64,000 bases of DNA, from the NCBI GenBank assembly GCA_964533495.1, contig CAZHJU010000001.1, positions 45,124 to 109,123 on the forward strand, written 5' to 3'. Every line of letters starts with the position of its first letter. The stretch's first letter is position 1. This document shows positions 1 through 9,653 of the stretch, in pieces. This DNA is from an uncultured Bordetella sp. (GTDB lineage: Bacteria > Pseudomonadota > Gammaproteobacteria > Burkholderiales > SG8-41). A program made the position numbers and the translations under genes. The notes under the pieces were generated by a model that saw only the letters and a program-made list of their open reading frames with translations, did not search any database and was not told the origin of the DNA.

Positions 1-1
1 C

Positions 2-139
2 CCGGATTTCGTCAAACGTTACCAGTCCTACGACATGACGCCCCTGGCCAGCACGCCGCAGGAACTCGAAACCTACACCCGCAACGAAATCGCGAAATGG
101 GCGCGCGTCATCAAGGCCGCCGGCATCAAGGTGCAGTGA
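2..139 (+). CDS. Bug/TctC-family (tripartite tricarboxylate transporter) periplasmic substrate-binding protein, 3' fragment; 5' end lies outside the window
   Basis: Frame 2 reads PDFVKRYQSYDMTPLASTPQELETYTRNEIAKWARVIKAAGIKVQ then TGA at 137-139. It is closely parallel in amino acids and nucleotides to the C-terminus of the next gene (1070-1209). Confidence 0.8.
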   Translation, partial: PDFVKRYQSYDMTPLASTPQELETYTRNEIAKWARVIKAAGIKVQ

Positions 140-234
140 CCTTTCCCGCCTTTGTCATCGAAAAACCCGCAGCAACCGGAACCGGAGGAGTGCTCAGCAA
201 CATCGAACGAACCTGACCCAGAAGGAAGGCCCGC

Positions 235-1209
235 ATGAAAGCACCTCCCAAAGCCGCTTTTGCAATCACTGCCCTGCTCGCCGCCGGACTTGCACAGCAC
301 GCGCAGGCCCAGAGCTACCCGAACAAGCCTATCCGGATACTGATCCCCTTCGTCGCCGGCGGCTTCTCCGACATCGTCGGCCGCATCGTCGCGCAGAAAC
401 TCTCCGAAAGCCTCGGCCAGCCGGTGGTCAGCGACAACCGCCCCGGCGCAAGCGGCATCATCGGCACCGACATCGTCGTCAAGTCGGCTCCCGACGGCTA
501 CACGCTGCTGCTCAGCAGCTTCAATCATGTGGTCAACCCGAGCCTGATGAACCCGCCCTACGATCCGATCAGGGATTTTTCGGCCATCAGCCTGATCGCC
601 GACGGCCCGCCGCTGGTGATGATGGTCAGCCCCTCGTCGCCGTTCAAGACCGTCCAGCAGCTGATCAGCCTCGCGAAGGCCAGCCCCGGCAAGCTCAACT
701 ACGGCAGCACCGGCGTCGGCACCTCGGGGCACCTGATCGGGGAACTGTTCAAGCAGGAAGTCGGCATCGACATCGTGCACGTGCCCTATCGCGGCAGCAG
801 CCTGTCGATCCCGGCGGTGATCAGCGGCGAGGTCGCGATGATCTCGACCTACATGCCCACCGCGCTGCCCCATGCCAAGGCCGGCAGGCTGCGCGCCATC
901 GCCGTCACCGGCGCCAAGCGCTCCGCGGTCATGCCCGACATGCCGACAATGGCGGAAGCCGGCGTGAACGGCGTCGTGGTCAGCGGCTTCGCGGGTTTTC
1001 TCGGACCCGCGGGCATGTCGCCGGCGCTGGTCAAGCGGCTGCACGGCGAGATCGTGAAAATGAGCAAGAACCCGGATTTCGTGAAACGCTACGAGTCCTT
1101 CGACATGACGCCTCTGGCGAGCACGCCGCAGGAGTTGGTGACCTACACCCGCGATGAAATCGCGAAATGGACCAAGGTCATCAAGACGGCGGGAATTGCG
1201 ATGAAGTGA
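235..1209 (+). CDS. Bug/TctC-family TTT substrate-binding protein
   Basis: 324-aa ORF. Signal peptide MKAPPKAAFAITALLAAGLAQHAQA is followed by SYPNKPIRILIPFVAGG, the hallmark Bug N-terminus. C-terminal motif is TPQEL..Y...EIAKW..VIK. Confidence 0.9.
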   Translation: MKAPPKAAFAITALLAAGLAQHAQAQSYPNKPIRILIPFVAGGFSDIVGRIVAQKLSESLGQPVVSDNRPGASGIIGTDIVVKSAPDGYTLLLSSFNHVVNPSLMNPPYDPIRDFSAISLIADGPPLVMMVSPSSPFKTVQQLISLAKASPGKLNYGSTGVGTSGHLIGELFKQEVGIDIVHVPYRGSSLSIPAVISGEVAMISTYMPTALPHAKAGRLRAIAVTGAKRSAVMPDMPTMAEAGVNGVVVSGFAGFLGPAGMSPALVKRLHGEIVKMSKNPDFVKRYESFDMTPLASTPQELVTYTRDEIAKWTKVIKTAGIAMK

Positions 1210-1415
1210 GCCGGCATCGGCGGCAGGCCGCGCGTCTCACCGACATGGCCGCAGACGGTGCGTGAACTACGACGGGGGACATTGCTGCCGCCCGAAGGCT
1301 GAAACGCGGGGCATACGACTTGACGCCTGCGGATATCGGACATAGGCTGGCCGCCGTGACTGTCGCAGGCATTATCACTACCACTACAACCCGCAGTCCC
1401 CTGAGGAACCACGCC

Positions 1416-2429
1416 ATGCCCGTACACCCGGCCGCCGCACGCCTTTCCGCTTCCCGTGAATTCGCGCTGAAAACCGGAGCCTCCCTGCTGCTCGCCGGCA
1501 GCCTGCTGTTCGCCACCACCGCCGCACTGGCGCAAAACTGGCCGGCGAAACCGGTGCGCATGATCGTGCCCTTCGCCGCCGGCGGAGGCACCGATATCCA
1601 GGCACGGCTGTTCTCGGCCAAGCTGCAGCCGCTGCTCGGCCAGCAGGTGCTCGTCGACAACCGCACGGGAGCCGGCGGCAACATCGGCGCGGAGCTGGTG
1701 GCCAAGTCACCGCCCGACGGCTACACGGTGCTGTTCCAGTCGACGTCGCTCGCCGTGAATGCGAGCCTGTACCGCAAGCTCAACTACAGCGCGCTGCGCG
1801 ATCTCTCGCCGGTAATGCTGGTGTCCTCGACGCCGCTGATCCTGGTAGTGCACCCCTCGGTGCCGGCGAAGAACGTGAAGGAGCTCATCGCGCTGGCCAA
1901 GGCGAGACCCGATGTGTTCAACTTCGGATCGAACAGCACCGGAACAACCAGCCACCTCGCTTCGGAGCTGCTGAAGACGATGACCGGCACCAAAATGACG
2001 CACGTGCCGTACAAAGGCGCGGGTCAGGCGGTGATCGCGCTCGCCAGCGGCGAGATCGACATGCTGATCACGACCATTGCCGCAGCGCTGCCGCACATGG
2101 AATCCGGACGCATGCGCGCGCTGGCGGTGACCACGCTCAAACGCACGCCTTCGTTGCCGAACCTGCCCACCGTGGACGAAACGCTGAAGGGTTTCGAGAG
2201 CGACAACTGGTACGGCCTGTTCTTCCCGGCGAAAACGCCGGAAGCCATCGTGTCGCGCTTCCACGCGGAGATGAGCAAGGTGCTCACCGATCCCGAGGTG
2301 AAGAAACTGATGGAGAACCAGGGCGCGACGCCGCTGGCGACCTCGCCCGCGGAAATGGCAGCCTATCTCAAGCGCGAGATCGAGAAATACGCCAAGGTGA
2401 TCCAGGCTTCGGGGGCCCGCGCCGACTGA
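1416..2429 (+). CDS. Bug/TctC-family TTT substrate-binding protein
   Basis: ORF 1320-2429. Start moved to ATG 1416 (MPVHPAAARLSAS...signal peptide...AQNWPAKPVRMIVPFAAGGGTD). Same family architecture as 235-1209. Confidence 0.85.
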   Translation: MPVHPAAARLSASREFALKTGASLLLAGSLLFATTAALAQNWPAKPVRMIVPFAAGGGTDIQARLFSAKLQPLLGQQVLVDNRTGAGGNIGAELVAKSPPDGYTVLFQSTSLAVNASLYRKLNYSALRDLSPVMLVSSTPLILVVHPSVPAKNVKELIALAKARPDVFNFGSNSTGTTSHLASELLKTMTGTKMTHVPYKGAGQAVIALASGEIDMLITTIAAALPHMESGRMRALAVTTLKRTPSLPNLPTVDETLKGFESDNWYGLFFPAKTPEAIVSRFHAEMSKVLTDPEVKKLMENQGATPLATSPAEMAAYLKREIEKYAKVIQASGARAD

Positions 2430-2523
2430 GTGCAATGCCGCTGCCGATGGCGGAAGGTTGAGGGGCGGCGAGCCCGCCACTGCGCGGCCCCTCCGCTTCG
2501 TTTCAAATGTGCTCTTGCCCTCC

Positions 2524-2546
2524 TTCCCCCGCAAGAATGCGGGGAA
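2524..2546. terminator. GC-rich stem-loop in a convergent intergenic gap (possible bidirectional terminator or REP-like hairpin)
   Basis: ttcccccgc-aagaat-gcggggaa inverted repeat. It lies between the Bug gene end (2429) and the dehydrogenase end (2580). No clean U-tract. Confidence 0.25.
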
Positions 2547-2579
2547 AAGGGTAAGTGCAAAAATCGCCCTGCGCGTTTC

Positions 2580-3533
2580 TCAGTAACCGAGTTCGCGGTC
2601 GACACCGGTCGCGAAGGGCCTGCCCTCGAGGTCGCAACGCGCGTTTTCCGCGAAGATCGCGGCCACCGCCGCGGCACGGCCGGCGTAGCCGCCGCCGATG
2701 TGCGGCAGCACGAGGATGTTTTCGGTGTTCCAGAAAGGATGCGAAGCCGGCAGCGGCTCTTCGCGGAAGACGTCGAGCACCGCGCCGGCGATGGTCTTCG
2801 CCTTCACCGCGGCGATCAGATCAGTGTCGACGATCTGGCTGCCGCGGGCGAAGTTGACCAGCCAGGCGGTCGGCTTCATCATCCGCAGGCGCCCGGCGTT
2901 GATGAAATCGTCGGTCTCGGCGGTGGCCGGCATCAGCATCACGACGAAATCCGATTGGCGCAGCACGGCCTCCGCCTCGTCGCTGCCGTACACCTCTTCC
3001 ACGCCCTCGACCGGTTCCGGCGCGCGCTTCGTGCCGATCACGCGCATCTCCAGCGCGGCAGCCTTCCGTGCCAATTCCTGCCCGATCGCGCCAAGGCCGA
3101 GGATGCCGAGCGTCTGCCCCGCGAGCAGCGACGACTGGCGCTTGTGCCAGCGGCTTTGCTTCTGGTCGAGCGCGATCGCCATGTACGGCTTGGTCAGGTG
3201 GAACAGCGCACCGAGAATGTTTTCCGACATCGAATGGCGGTGCGAGCCGCGCGCGTTGCACAACACCACATCTCCGCGCAGGCCGGGCGCCGCCAGCCAG
3301 GATTCGACGCCCGCGGTCACGGTCTGCACCCAGCGCAGCTTCGGCAGACGGCCAAGCAGCCCGCCGTGCTTGCGCCCGACGAGGACTTCAACGCGCAGCA
3401 GCAGGTCCGCGGGCGGCGCGTCACTGCTTTTCACATGATGCAATTCGAGACGGTCGGTAAGGCCGGCTTCGGCAAGGGCTTTTTCATATTCGGGGAAGTC
3501 ATCGAGCCACAGCAGACAGACGGGTTTGTTCAT
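2580..3533 (-). CDS. D-isomer-specific 2-hydroxyacid dehydrogenase family, NAD-binding
   Basis: ORF 2580-3665. Start moved to ATG 3533 (MNKPVCLLWLDDF...). Rossmann motif GILGLGAIGQELARKAA. C-terminal LVNFARG...DV...EP...PHIGG is typical of the family. Confidence 0.85.
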   Translation of the reverse strand: MNKPVCLLWLDDFPEYEKALAEAGLTDRLELHHVKSSDAPPADLLLRVEVLVGRKHGGLLGRLPKLRWVQTVTAGVESWLAAPGLRGDVVLCNARGSHRHSMSENILGALFHLTKPYMAIALDQKQSRWHKRQSSLLAGQTLGILGLGAIGQELARKAAALEMRVIGTKRAPEPVEGVEEVYGSDEAEAVLRQSDFVVMLMPATAETDDFINAGRLRMMKPTAWLVNFARGSQIVDTDLIAAVKAKTIAGAVLDVFREEPLPASHPFWNTENILVLPHIGGGYAGRAAAVAAIFAENARCDLEGRPFATGVDRELGY

Positions 3534-3679
3534 TGCGGAATATCCATGGGTTGGAAAGTGTGCCGATTCTCTCCCGCTTTGCTTTCCGTGAACAGCACCC
3601 CGGCCCCGGCGCGGGTTCCGTCCCTCCGCGGCCAGCCGCGATCTGCGAGAATCGCGCACCATCACCAGCCCCCATCACG

Positions 3680-4498
3680 ATGCCCGGACCCCTGTTGATC
3701 GCCGAGAACCACGACGCGCTGCGCGCCGCCGCGCGCGACGGCGCAGGCACGCTCGAGTGTTCGCTCGATCTCGGCCGTTCGCGGGCCACGGTCGCCGTGC
3801 ACGCCGCCGGCTGGTCCTGGCAGGGCATCGACTATCCCTTCATCGAAGACTGCCGCGAACGCACGATCTACCACTGGACCGGCGCGGCCTGGGAACCGGC
3901 GCAGCGTTTTTCGGGATCGCTGATCAAGCTGGTGCCCACCGAATGGGGCGCGCCGACCTTCGAGATCGACGGCATCAAGATGCTGCCGACGGCACGGGTC
4001 TCGCCTTATGACGACGCCGAACGCAAGGTGGGCCTGATCGCGCCGCGCGGCAAAACAATCCTCGACTGCTGCGGCGGGCTCGGATATTTCGCGGCCTGCT
4101 GCCTCGCCGGCGGCGCGCGGCAGGTACGATCCTTCGAGAAGAATCCCGACGTGCTCTGGCTGCGCGGCCTCAATCCCTGGTCGCCGCGGGACGATCCGCG
4201 GCTCATGCTGACGCAGGGCGATATCGCGAAAGAGATCGAGTCGCTGCCCGCCGCCTCATTCGAAGCCGTGCTGCACGACCCGCCGCGTTTCGGCATCGCC
4301 GGCGAGCTGTATTCGCAGGTCTTCTACGACCAGCTGGCACAAGTGTTGAAGCGCCGCGGCCGGCTGTTCCATTACACCGGCACGCCGAACAAACTCAGCT
4401 CCGGACGCGATGTGCCGGCGGAGGTGGCGAAACGGCTGCAACGCGCGGGCTTTGACGTGAAGGCGGACGGCGACGGACTGCTGGCGGTGCGGCGCTGA
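3680..4498 (+). CDS. class I SAM-dependent methyltransferase (DPPRF motif)
   Basis: ORF 3533-4498. Start moved to ATG 3680 (MPGPLLIAENHD...). SAM-binding motif ILDCCGGLGYFAACC and motif IV VLHDPPRF are present. Substrate cannot be assigned. Confidence 0.7.
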   Translation: MPGPLLIAENHDALRAAARDGAGTLECSLDLGRSRATVAVHAAGWSWQGIDYPFIEDCRERTIYHWTGAAWEPAQRFSGSLIKLVPTEWGAPTFEIDGIKMLPTARVSPYDDAERKVGLIAPRGKTILDCCGGLGYFAACCLAGGARQVRSFEKNPDVLWLRGLNPWSPRDDPRLMLTQGDIAKEIESLPAASFEAVLHDPPRFGIAGELYSQVFYDQLAQVLKRRGRLFHYTGTPNKLSSGRDVPAEVAKRLQRAGFDVKADGDGLLAVRR

Positions 4499-4511
4499 TC
4501 GCAGCCGCGGC

Positions 4512-5344
4512 TCAGGCCTCGACGGATACCCGGTTGCGCCCGCCCGGGCGCGGCACCGGGCAGGATGATGGCGAATTCCTCGCCGCCGAGACGGCCCGGC
4601 GTGTCCACGCGGGCGGTTTCCTGCTCGAGCTGCGCGATGAAGTGGCTGGCGGCTGGGCAGGCCGGTCAGCATGTCGGTGGCGGCCATCTCGCGCAGTTCG
4701 GCCTCGAGGCGCTTCTGCCCGGTGATGTCGCGGAAGACGACGACCACCTTCGACATCCGGCCGTCGGCGTCGCGGATCGCTCGGCCGTCGGACTCCATGA
4801 AACGGATGCTGCCGTCCTTCAGCACGAAGCGGAACTCGGCGCACTCGCCGATGCCGGTCTCGACGGTCCTGCGGAAGATGACCCGGATGCGCTCGCGGTC
4901 CCCGGGGTGGATCTCGGCGAAGGAGTTGCTGCCTTCGCAGATGTCGCGCTCGCGGAACAGCGCGCGGCTTTCATGGAGCCTGTTCTCGGTGTCACGCTGG
5001 CGGCGGCGCAGTCCAGCATCGCGCAGCTCGCGCTCGATCCCCGGGCCGAGCCGGATCAGGCCGACGGCAAGATTGAGGTCGGCCTGCGCGGAAACGATGA
5101 TGAAGGGCACGCCGGTGCACAGTTTCTTCGCGATAGCCAGTGCCGCGGCGGCGGGACAGCCGGCAATGGGCGCGCAGCAAAGGATGACATTGCAATCCGC
5201 GCCGGCCAGCGCGGCGCGCATCGTCTCGGGCGTACCCACAGCGGTGGCCGCAACGACAAGACCCTGGCTGCGCAAAGCCTGCAGCAGGCCCCCGGTGTCG
5301 GCCGGCGACGTTTCGACGATCAGCAAACGCAGCTCTGGTTTCAT
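4512..5344 (-). pseudogene. decayed REC(atypical)-PAS-GGDEF signalling gene
   Basis: Start ATG 5344 (MKPELRLLIVETS...). The receiver-like domain has Cys where the acceptor Asp is expected (NVILCCAP). A PAS region follows (FRFVLKDGSIRFMESDGRAIRD). GGDEF-domain motifs are spread over three frames: TDMLTGLPSR; then HFIAQLEQETARVDTPGRLGGEEFAIILPG; then PGGRNRVSVEA* ending at 4512. Together they occupy only about 160 nt. Confidence 0.6.
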
Positions 5345-5496
5345 GGCCCTCCCCAAAGGCCCGACCATGTGCGAGCGCGCCACCCCAGTCTGAATTGCGG
5401 GAAAAGGCCGTCGGCGAAAAACCTTGAAGATTTTTATATGTTTCCCGCGATCTTCGTCAGCTCGGCCGCGGGAAACCGCCCGACCGGACCGGAAGC

Positions 5497-6234
5497 TCAG
5501 CCGCCGCGCCGCGCATTTTTCGAAGGCCAGGGCCAGCGTCCCCCCAATGAGACCGTCACCGAACGACAGGCATTGACCAACAGCAGGGACAGCTGCCGGA
5601 TGTTTGCCGCAGTAAAGCGCTCCCTGGGACCTGACAGCGAAACCGCGCCGTAAAACTCGTTTTCGGGGCCGAATACCGGTGCAGCCACGGCGGCGCAGGC
5701 AGGGTCACGCTCGCCGAAGGAAACGCTGACGACACCGGCATCCTGCCAGGAATCCGCCGTATCCCGCTTTTCGAATGCGCGGATAACAGTGCCTGCCGCA
5801 CCGCGGTCGATGGGCAGCAGATCACCGGCGTGCACGCTGTCGAGCGTCGAGTGCCGGGAGTCCACACGAAACAGGCAAAGCCGCTGCCGGCGGTCATGCC
5901 GCACATGAAACGAAGGACTTTCCGCACCCTGTGCAACCAGCTGCTCCAGCACCGGCAGCACCTGCCCCCTCAGGTGATAGGTGGCCTCGAAGGAGCGACC
6001 CAGACGGCACGCAAGCGGCCCCAGCGCATATTTGCCGTCGGCGCGTGAAACGACCAGGGCAAAGCGTTCCAGCGAGACGATGAGCCGCAGCAGCGTGCTT
6101 TTGTAGAAGCCCGTCTGTCGCGAAAGCTCGGCCAGCGACAGAGGTCCGCCGGCCGCCTCGATTGCGGTAACTATGGTCAGGGCGCGCTCGACTGCCGCCA
6201 CACCCTGTGCATTCGAAGATGTTCTGGTTGCCAA
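5497..6234 (-). CDS. IclR-family transcriptional regulator
   Basis: 245 aa. N-terminal winged HTH is VERALTIVTAIEAAGGPLSLAELSRQTGFYKSTLLRLIVSLE. An IclR-type effector domain follows. Confidence 0.85.
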   Translation of the reverse strand: MATRTSSNAQGVAAVERALTIVTAIEAAGGPLSLAELSRQTGFYKSTLLRLIVSLERFALVVSRADGKYALGPLACRLGRSFEATYHLRGQVLPVLEQLVAQGAESPSFHVRHDRRQRLCLFRVDSRHSTLDSVHAGDLLPIDRGAAGTVIRAFEKRDTADSWQDAGVVSVSFGERDPACAAVAAPVFGPENEFYGAVSLSGPRERFTAANIRQLSLLLVNACRSVTVSLGGRWPWPSKNARRGG

Positions 6235-6271
6235 ATCGTTTCCATGTCCGCGGCTTCCCGGTGCCGCTCAG

Positions 6272-7138
6272 TCACCTGATGACCCTGCTGATCACCGGAT
6301 GATACTGGCCGCCGAAACCCGCGGCGATGGCCCGTTCAAACGTCCGGTCGACCAAGCTGGCCGAATCCGCGTCAAGCCCGGCCGCAGCCGCAAGCTCGAG
6401 CGCATAACGGAGATCCTTGCGCGCGTATTCCACGGAAAAGGCGCGCTCCGGGAATATACCGGGAATCATCGATTTCAGACCATGGTTGCGCAATGCAAAA
6501 CTGTCCCCGGATCCCTTGGCCATCGTCTCGAACAGCAGCCCGCCGTCCAAGCCGACCGAACGGCCGATGGCCAGCGCTTCGGACAGGGCCATGACGGTCT
6601 GGAACAGCACCATGTTGTTCAGTATCTTGACGGCCTGCCCCGCGCCCGCGGCCCCGCAATGGGTGACATCGGTGGCAAAACACCGGAATAGGGGCAGCAC
6701 CCGGTTGAAAACCGCCTGATCCCCTCCGACCATGATCGACAATGTGCCGGCAATGGCCGCCTCGCGGGTGCGCGCCACTGGAGCATCAAGATATGCCGCA
6801 CCGCGTTGCGCGAAACCGGCTTCCAGCTTCCGCGTCAACGGCACCGGCGAGGTGCTGAGATCGACGTAAACCCGCCCCTCGCGCGCCTCAGCCAGCGCTT
6901 CAACAGCGACCGCCTCCAGCGCTTCGGCGGAAGGCAGTGACACGAACACGATATCGGCCTTTGCAATGACCGACGCGACACCGGGGGCGGCTTCCACGCC
7001 ATCGGCGACCAGCCTCATCAAGGGCGTCTGATTGAGATCGAAGGCGATGACCGGCCGGCCGCTTTTCAAGGCCAGATTCCGGCACATCGGTTCGCCCATG
7101 ACGCCCAGCCCAATGAATCCGATCGTTTCACTGCTCAC
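6272..7138 (-). CDS. NAD(P)-dependent oxidoreductase, 3-hydroxyisobutyrate / 2-hydroxy-3-oxopropionate reductase family
   Basis: 288 aa. N-terminal dinucleotide fold is IGFIGLGVMGEPMCRNLA. The C-terminal 6-PGDH-like helical domain pattern is present. Confidence 0.8.
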   Translation of the reverse strand: MSSETIGFIGLGVMGEPMCRNLALKSGRPVIAFDLNQTPLMRLVADGVEAAPGVASVIAKADIVFVSLPSAEALEAVAVEALAEAREGRVYVDLSTSPVPLTRKLEAGFAQRGAAYLDAPVARTREAAIAGTLSIMVGGDQAVFNRVLPLFRCFATDVTHCGAAGAGQAVKILNNMVLFQTVMALSEALAIGRSVGLDGGLLFETMAKGSGDSFALRNHGLKSMIPGIFPERAFSVEYARKDLRYALELAAAAGLDADSASLVDRTFERAIAAGFGGQYHPVISRVIR

Positions 7139-7188
7139 GAGATCTTTCCCCCCGGATGTTCCTGCGTGGTTTGTGGTGTTGCGATTCC

Positions 7189-8166
7189 TTACCGGTGCAC
7201 CATCGGTGCGCCGGCCACCGCCGTCCTGAAGCTGATCAGCCGGTCGTCAAGCAGCGAACCCAGGTACGCCGTTCTGAGATCGGCGCCGCCGAAGGCGATG
7301 CTGGCGATGTTTTTCAGCTCCCTGCTTTTCATGGTGTAGAAGTGCTCGCGACCCATCCGTCCTTCGGCGAGCGCGGTTTCCACGGTGTCGATGTGCGAGG
7401 CATCGCTGTCTTCAAGCAGGAGGCTGGTTTTCCCCGATGGCGTCACGCGGTACAGGCGGTTGCTGACGATGCTGGTCACCCAGAGGCAGCATTCCGCATC
7501 CAGCGCGAACCCGTCCGGGAACGCACCGCGGCCGAATTCGGCGACAACGGCACGCCCCAACAACAGACCGCCCGGTGAAACCCCGAAGCGCGCGACCCGC
7601 CGGCCGAAGGTCTCACTGACGTACAGCGTGTTTCCCTCCGCGTTGATGCGAAGTTCGTTGGCAAAGGCCAGTCCGTCAGCGACGATACGTGCGCCCTTTT
7701 CGTCAACCAGAGCGACAAATCCGTCGGCGACGCTGCTGCGATAGGACAAAAACCGCGGCAGCAGCTTCGTGCTGACAGTGATCCAGATCCGCCCGGCCGC
7801 ATCGCGCAGCACGAAATTCGCGGCTGACAGCGCGACGCCATCGACTTCGAGCAGAAACGGCGTCAGGCTGCCGTCACGGGCAAGCCGCCAGACGCCACCG
7901 CCCTCGCCGATATTGGCAATCAGGAAATCGCCGTTTTCAAGCAGACAGAATCCGTTGGGTACGAATTCGTGTCCAAGCACTTGCGCATGCGCGCCAATGA
8001 CGCTTTGCGAACCGTCCGGCGATATCCGGGTGATGCCCGCGCCGCGGCACGATGCAAAAAGTTCGCCGCTGCCGCAGGCAATGACGCATTCGGGCCGGGC
8101 GAATCCTCTGCCCAGAGTACGGAATGAACCCGGCTCGATCGGCCACGCGGCGTCAAGCTGGATCAT
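7189..8166 (-). CDS. SMP-30/gluconolactonase/LRE-family protein (putative lactonase)
   Basis: 325 aa. Repeated beta-propeller-type segments (GEGGGVWRL..DGS, NELRINAEGNTLYVSET, PDGFALDAECCLWV). ATGA overlap with the upstream ALDH stop. Confidence 0.7.
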   Translation of the reverse strand: MIQLDAAWPIEPGSFRTLGRGFARPECVIACGSGELFASCRGAGITRISPDGSQSVIGAHAQVLGHEFVPNGFCLLENGDFLIANIGEGGGVWRLARDGSLTPFLLEVDGVALSAANFVLRDAAGRIWITVSTKLLPRFLSYRSSVADGFVALVDEKGARIVADGLAFANELRINAEGNTLYVSETFGRRVARFGVSPGGLLLGRAVVAEFGRGAFPDGFALDAECCLWVTSIVSNRLYRVTPSGKTSLLLEDSDASHIDTVETALAEGRMGREHFYTMKSRELKNIASIAFGGADLRTAYLGSLLDDRLISFRTAVAGAPMVHR

Positions 8167-9650
8167 GCCGCGGCCCCCTGCCGGTCTAGCCCCCAGAACA
8201 CGCTTTTGACCTGCTGGTAGAGGCGCATGCCTTCGATGCCTTTTTCACGGCCGATGCCGCTGGATTTGTAGCCCCCGAACGGCGCTGCGATCGACAACTG
8301 CTTGTATGTGTTGATCCACACCGTGCCGGCATCGATTCTGCGGGCCACGCGCCAGGCCTTCTGATAGCTGGAGGTCCAGATGCCGGCCGCCAGCCCGTAC
8401 GCGGTGGCATTGGCCTGGGCCACCAAATCCTCTTCGTCGTCGAAGGGCAGGACGCAGAGCACCGGACCGAATATCTCCTCCTGACAGATCGCGTCGTCAT
8501 TGGTGACGCCGGTTATCACGGTGGGCAGATAAAAAGCGCCGTCGCGGAAACGCCCGTCTGACGGGCGGCTGCCGCCCGTCGCTATGTCAGCGCCTGCCGC
8601 ACGCGCCCTTTCGACGTGGGACTCGACACGCTCGCGGTGCGCGAACGAGGCCATGCTGCCCATTTCCGCGCCGGCCCGATCCGGCAGATCGACACGCAGG
8701 GACTGCGCATGCCGCGTGATCATGTCGAGCACGCGCGCATGGATGGAACGCTCGACGAACAGCCTCGATCCGGCAATGCACGACTGGCCGCTGCCTTCGA
8801 AGATGCCGGCAGCAACCCCCCGCACCGCGGCATCGATGTCGGCGTCGGCGAACACGATGTGCGGTGATTTGCCGCCGAGTTCGAGCGCCGCCGGAATCAG
8901 ACGCATTGCTGCGGCCCCGGCGATCCGGCGGCCGCTTTCGGTGCCTCCGGTGAAAGACACCATGCCGACTCCCGGATGACTGACCAGAGCGGCGCCGACG
9001 GCGGCACCGTCACCCGGCAGCACGTTCAGCAGACCGGGGGGCAATCCCGCTTCCAGCGCGATGCGTCCGAGCGCAAGCGCCGTCGACGGCGTCACTTCGG
9101 AAGGCTTGAGAATGACGGCATTCCCGGCCGCCAGCGCCGGCGCGACTTTCTGAGCCTCCATCGTCAGCGGAGAGTTCCATGGCGTGATGGCGGCAACCAC
9201 GCCATAGGGCTCGTGCACGCTCATCGAAAGATAATTTCCGCGCGGCGGATTCAGGACATCACCGGCGGATTCGCAGACGGCGGCGTAGTAACGGAAGGTG
9301 GTGGCGGCCGATTTCGCCTGTGCCCGGCATTCCTGCAGAACCTTGCCGTTCTCGCGCATCTGCAGCTGCGCGAGCTCTTCGGATGCGCTGTCGATCCCGC
9401 CCGCAATCGACGACAGCAAGCGCCCGCGTTCGTGGGGCAGCATGTTCCGCCACCCCGCCTGCCCGGCGGCGCGCCGCGCCGCCCTGACCGCATCGTCGGC
9501 ATCGCTTGCAGAGGCGGCACAGACCGCATAGTTGATGCGGCCGTTCGCAGGATCAACCGGCAGCAAGGGTTCGCCGCCGTTGTCTATCCAGCGGCCGTCA
9601 ATCAGGAACGGCCTTCTCTCCGCGGCACCTGCGGCGGTGGATGAATCCAT
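8163..9650 (-). CDS. NAD(P)+-dependent aldehyde dehydrogenase
   Basis: 495 aa. ALDH motifs are FTGGTESGRRI, LELGGKSPHIVF and the catalytic-Cys segment EGSGQSCIAGSR. Confidence 0.9.
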   Translation of the reverse strand: MDSSTAAGAAERRPFLIDGRWIDNGGEPLLPVDPANGRINYAVCAASASDADDAVRAARRAAGQAGWRNMLPHERGRLLSSIAGGIDSASEELAQLQMRENGKVLQECRAQAKSAATTFRYYAAVCESAGDVLNPPRGNYLSMSVHEPYGVVAAITPWNSPLTMEAQKVAPALAAGNAVILKPSEVTPSTALALGRIALEAGLPPGLLNVLPGDGAAVGAALVSHPGVGMVSFTGGTESGRRIAGAAAMRLIPAALELGGKSPHIVFADADIDAAVRGVAAGIFEGSGQSCIAGSRLFVERSIHARVLDMITRHAQSLRVDLPDRAGAEMGSMASFAHRERVESHVERARAAGADIATGGSRPSDGRFRDGAFYLPTVITGVTNDDAICQEEIFGPVLCVLPFDDEEDLVAQANATAYGLAAGIWTSSYQKAWRVARRIDAGTVWINTYKQLSIAAPFGGYKSSGIGREKGIEGMRLYQQVKSVFWGLDRQGAAA

Positions 9651-9653
9651 GGA

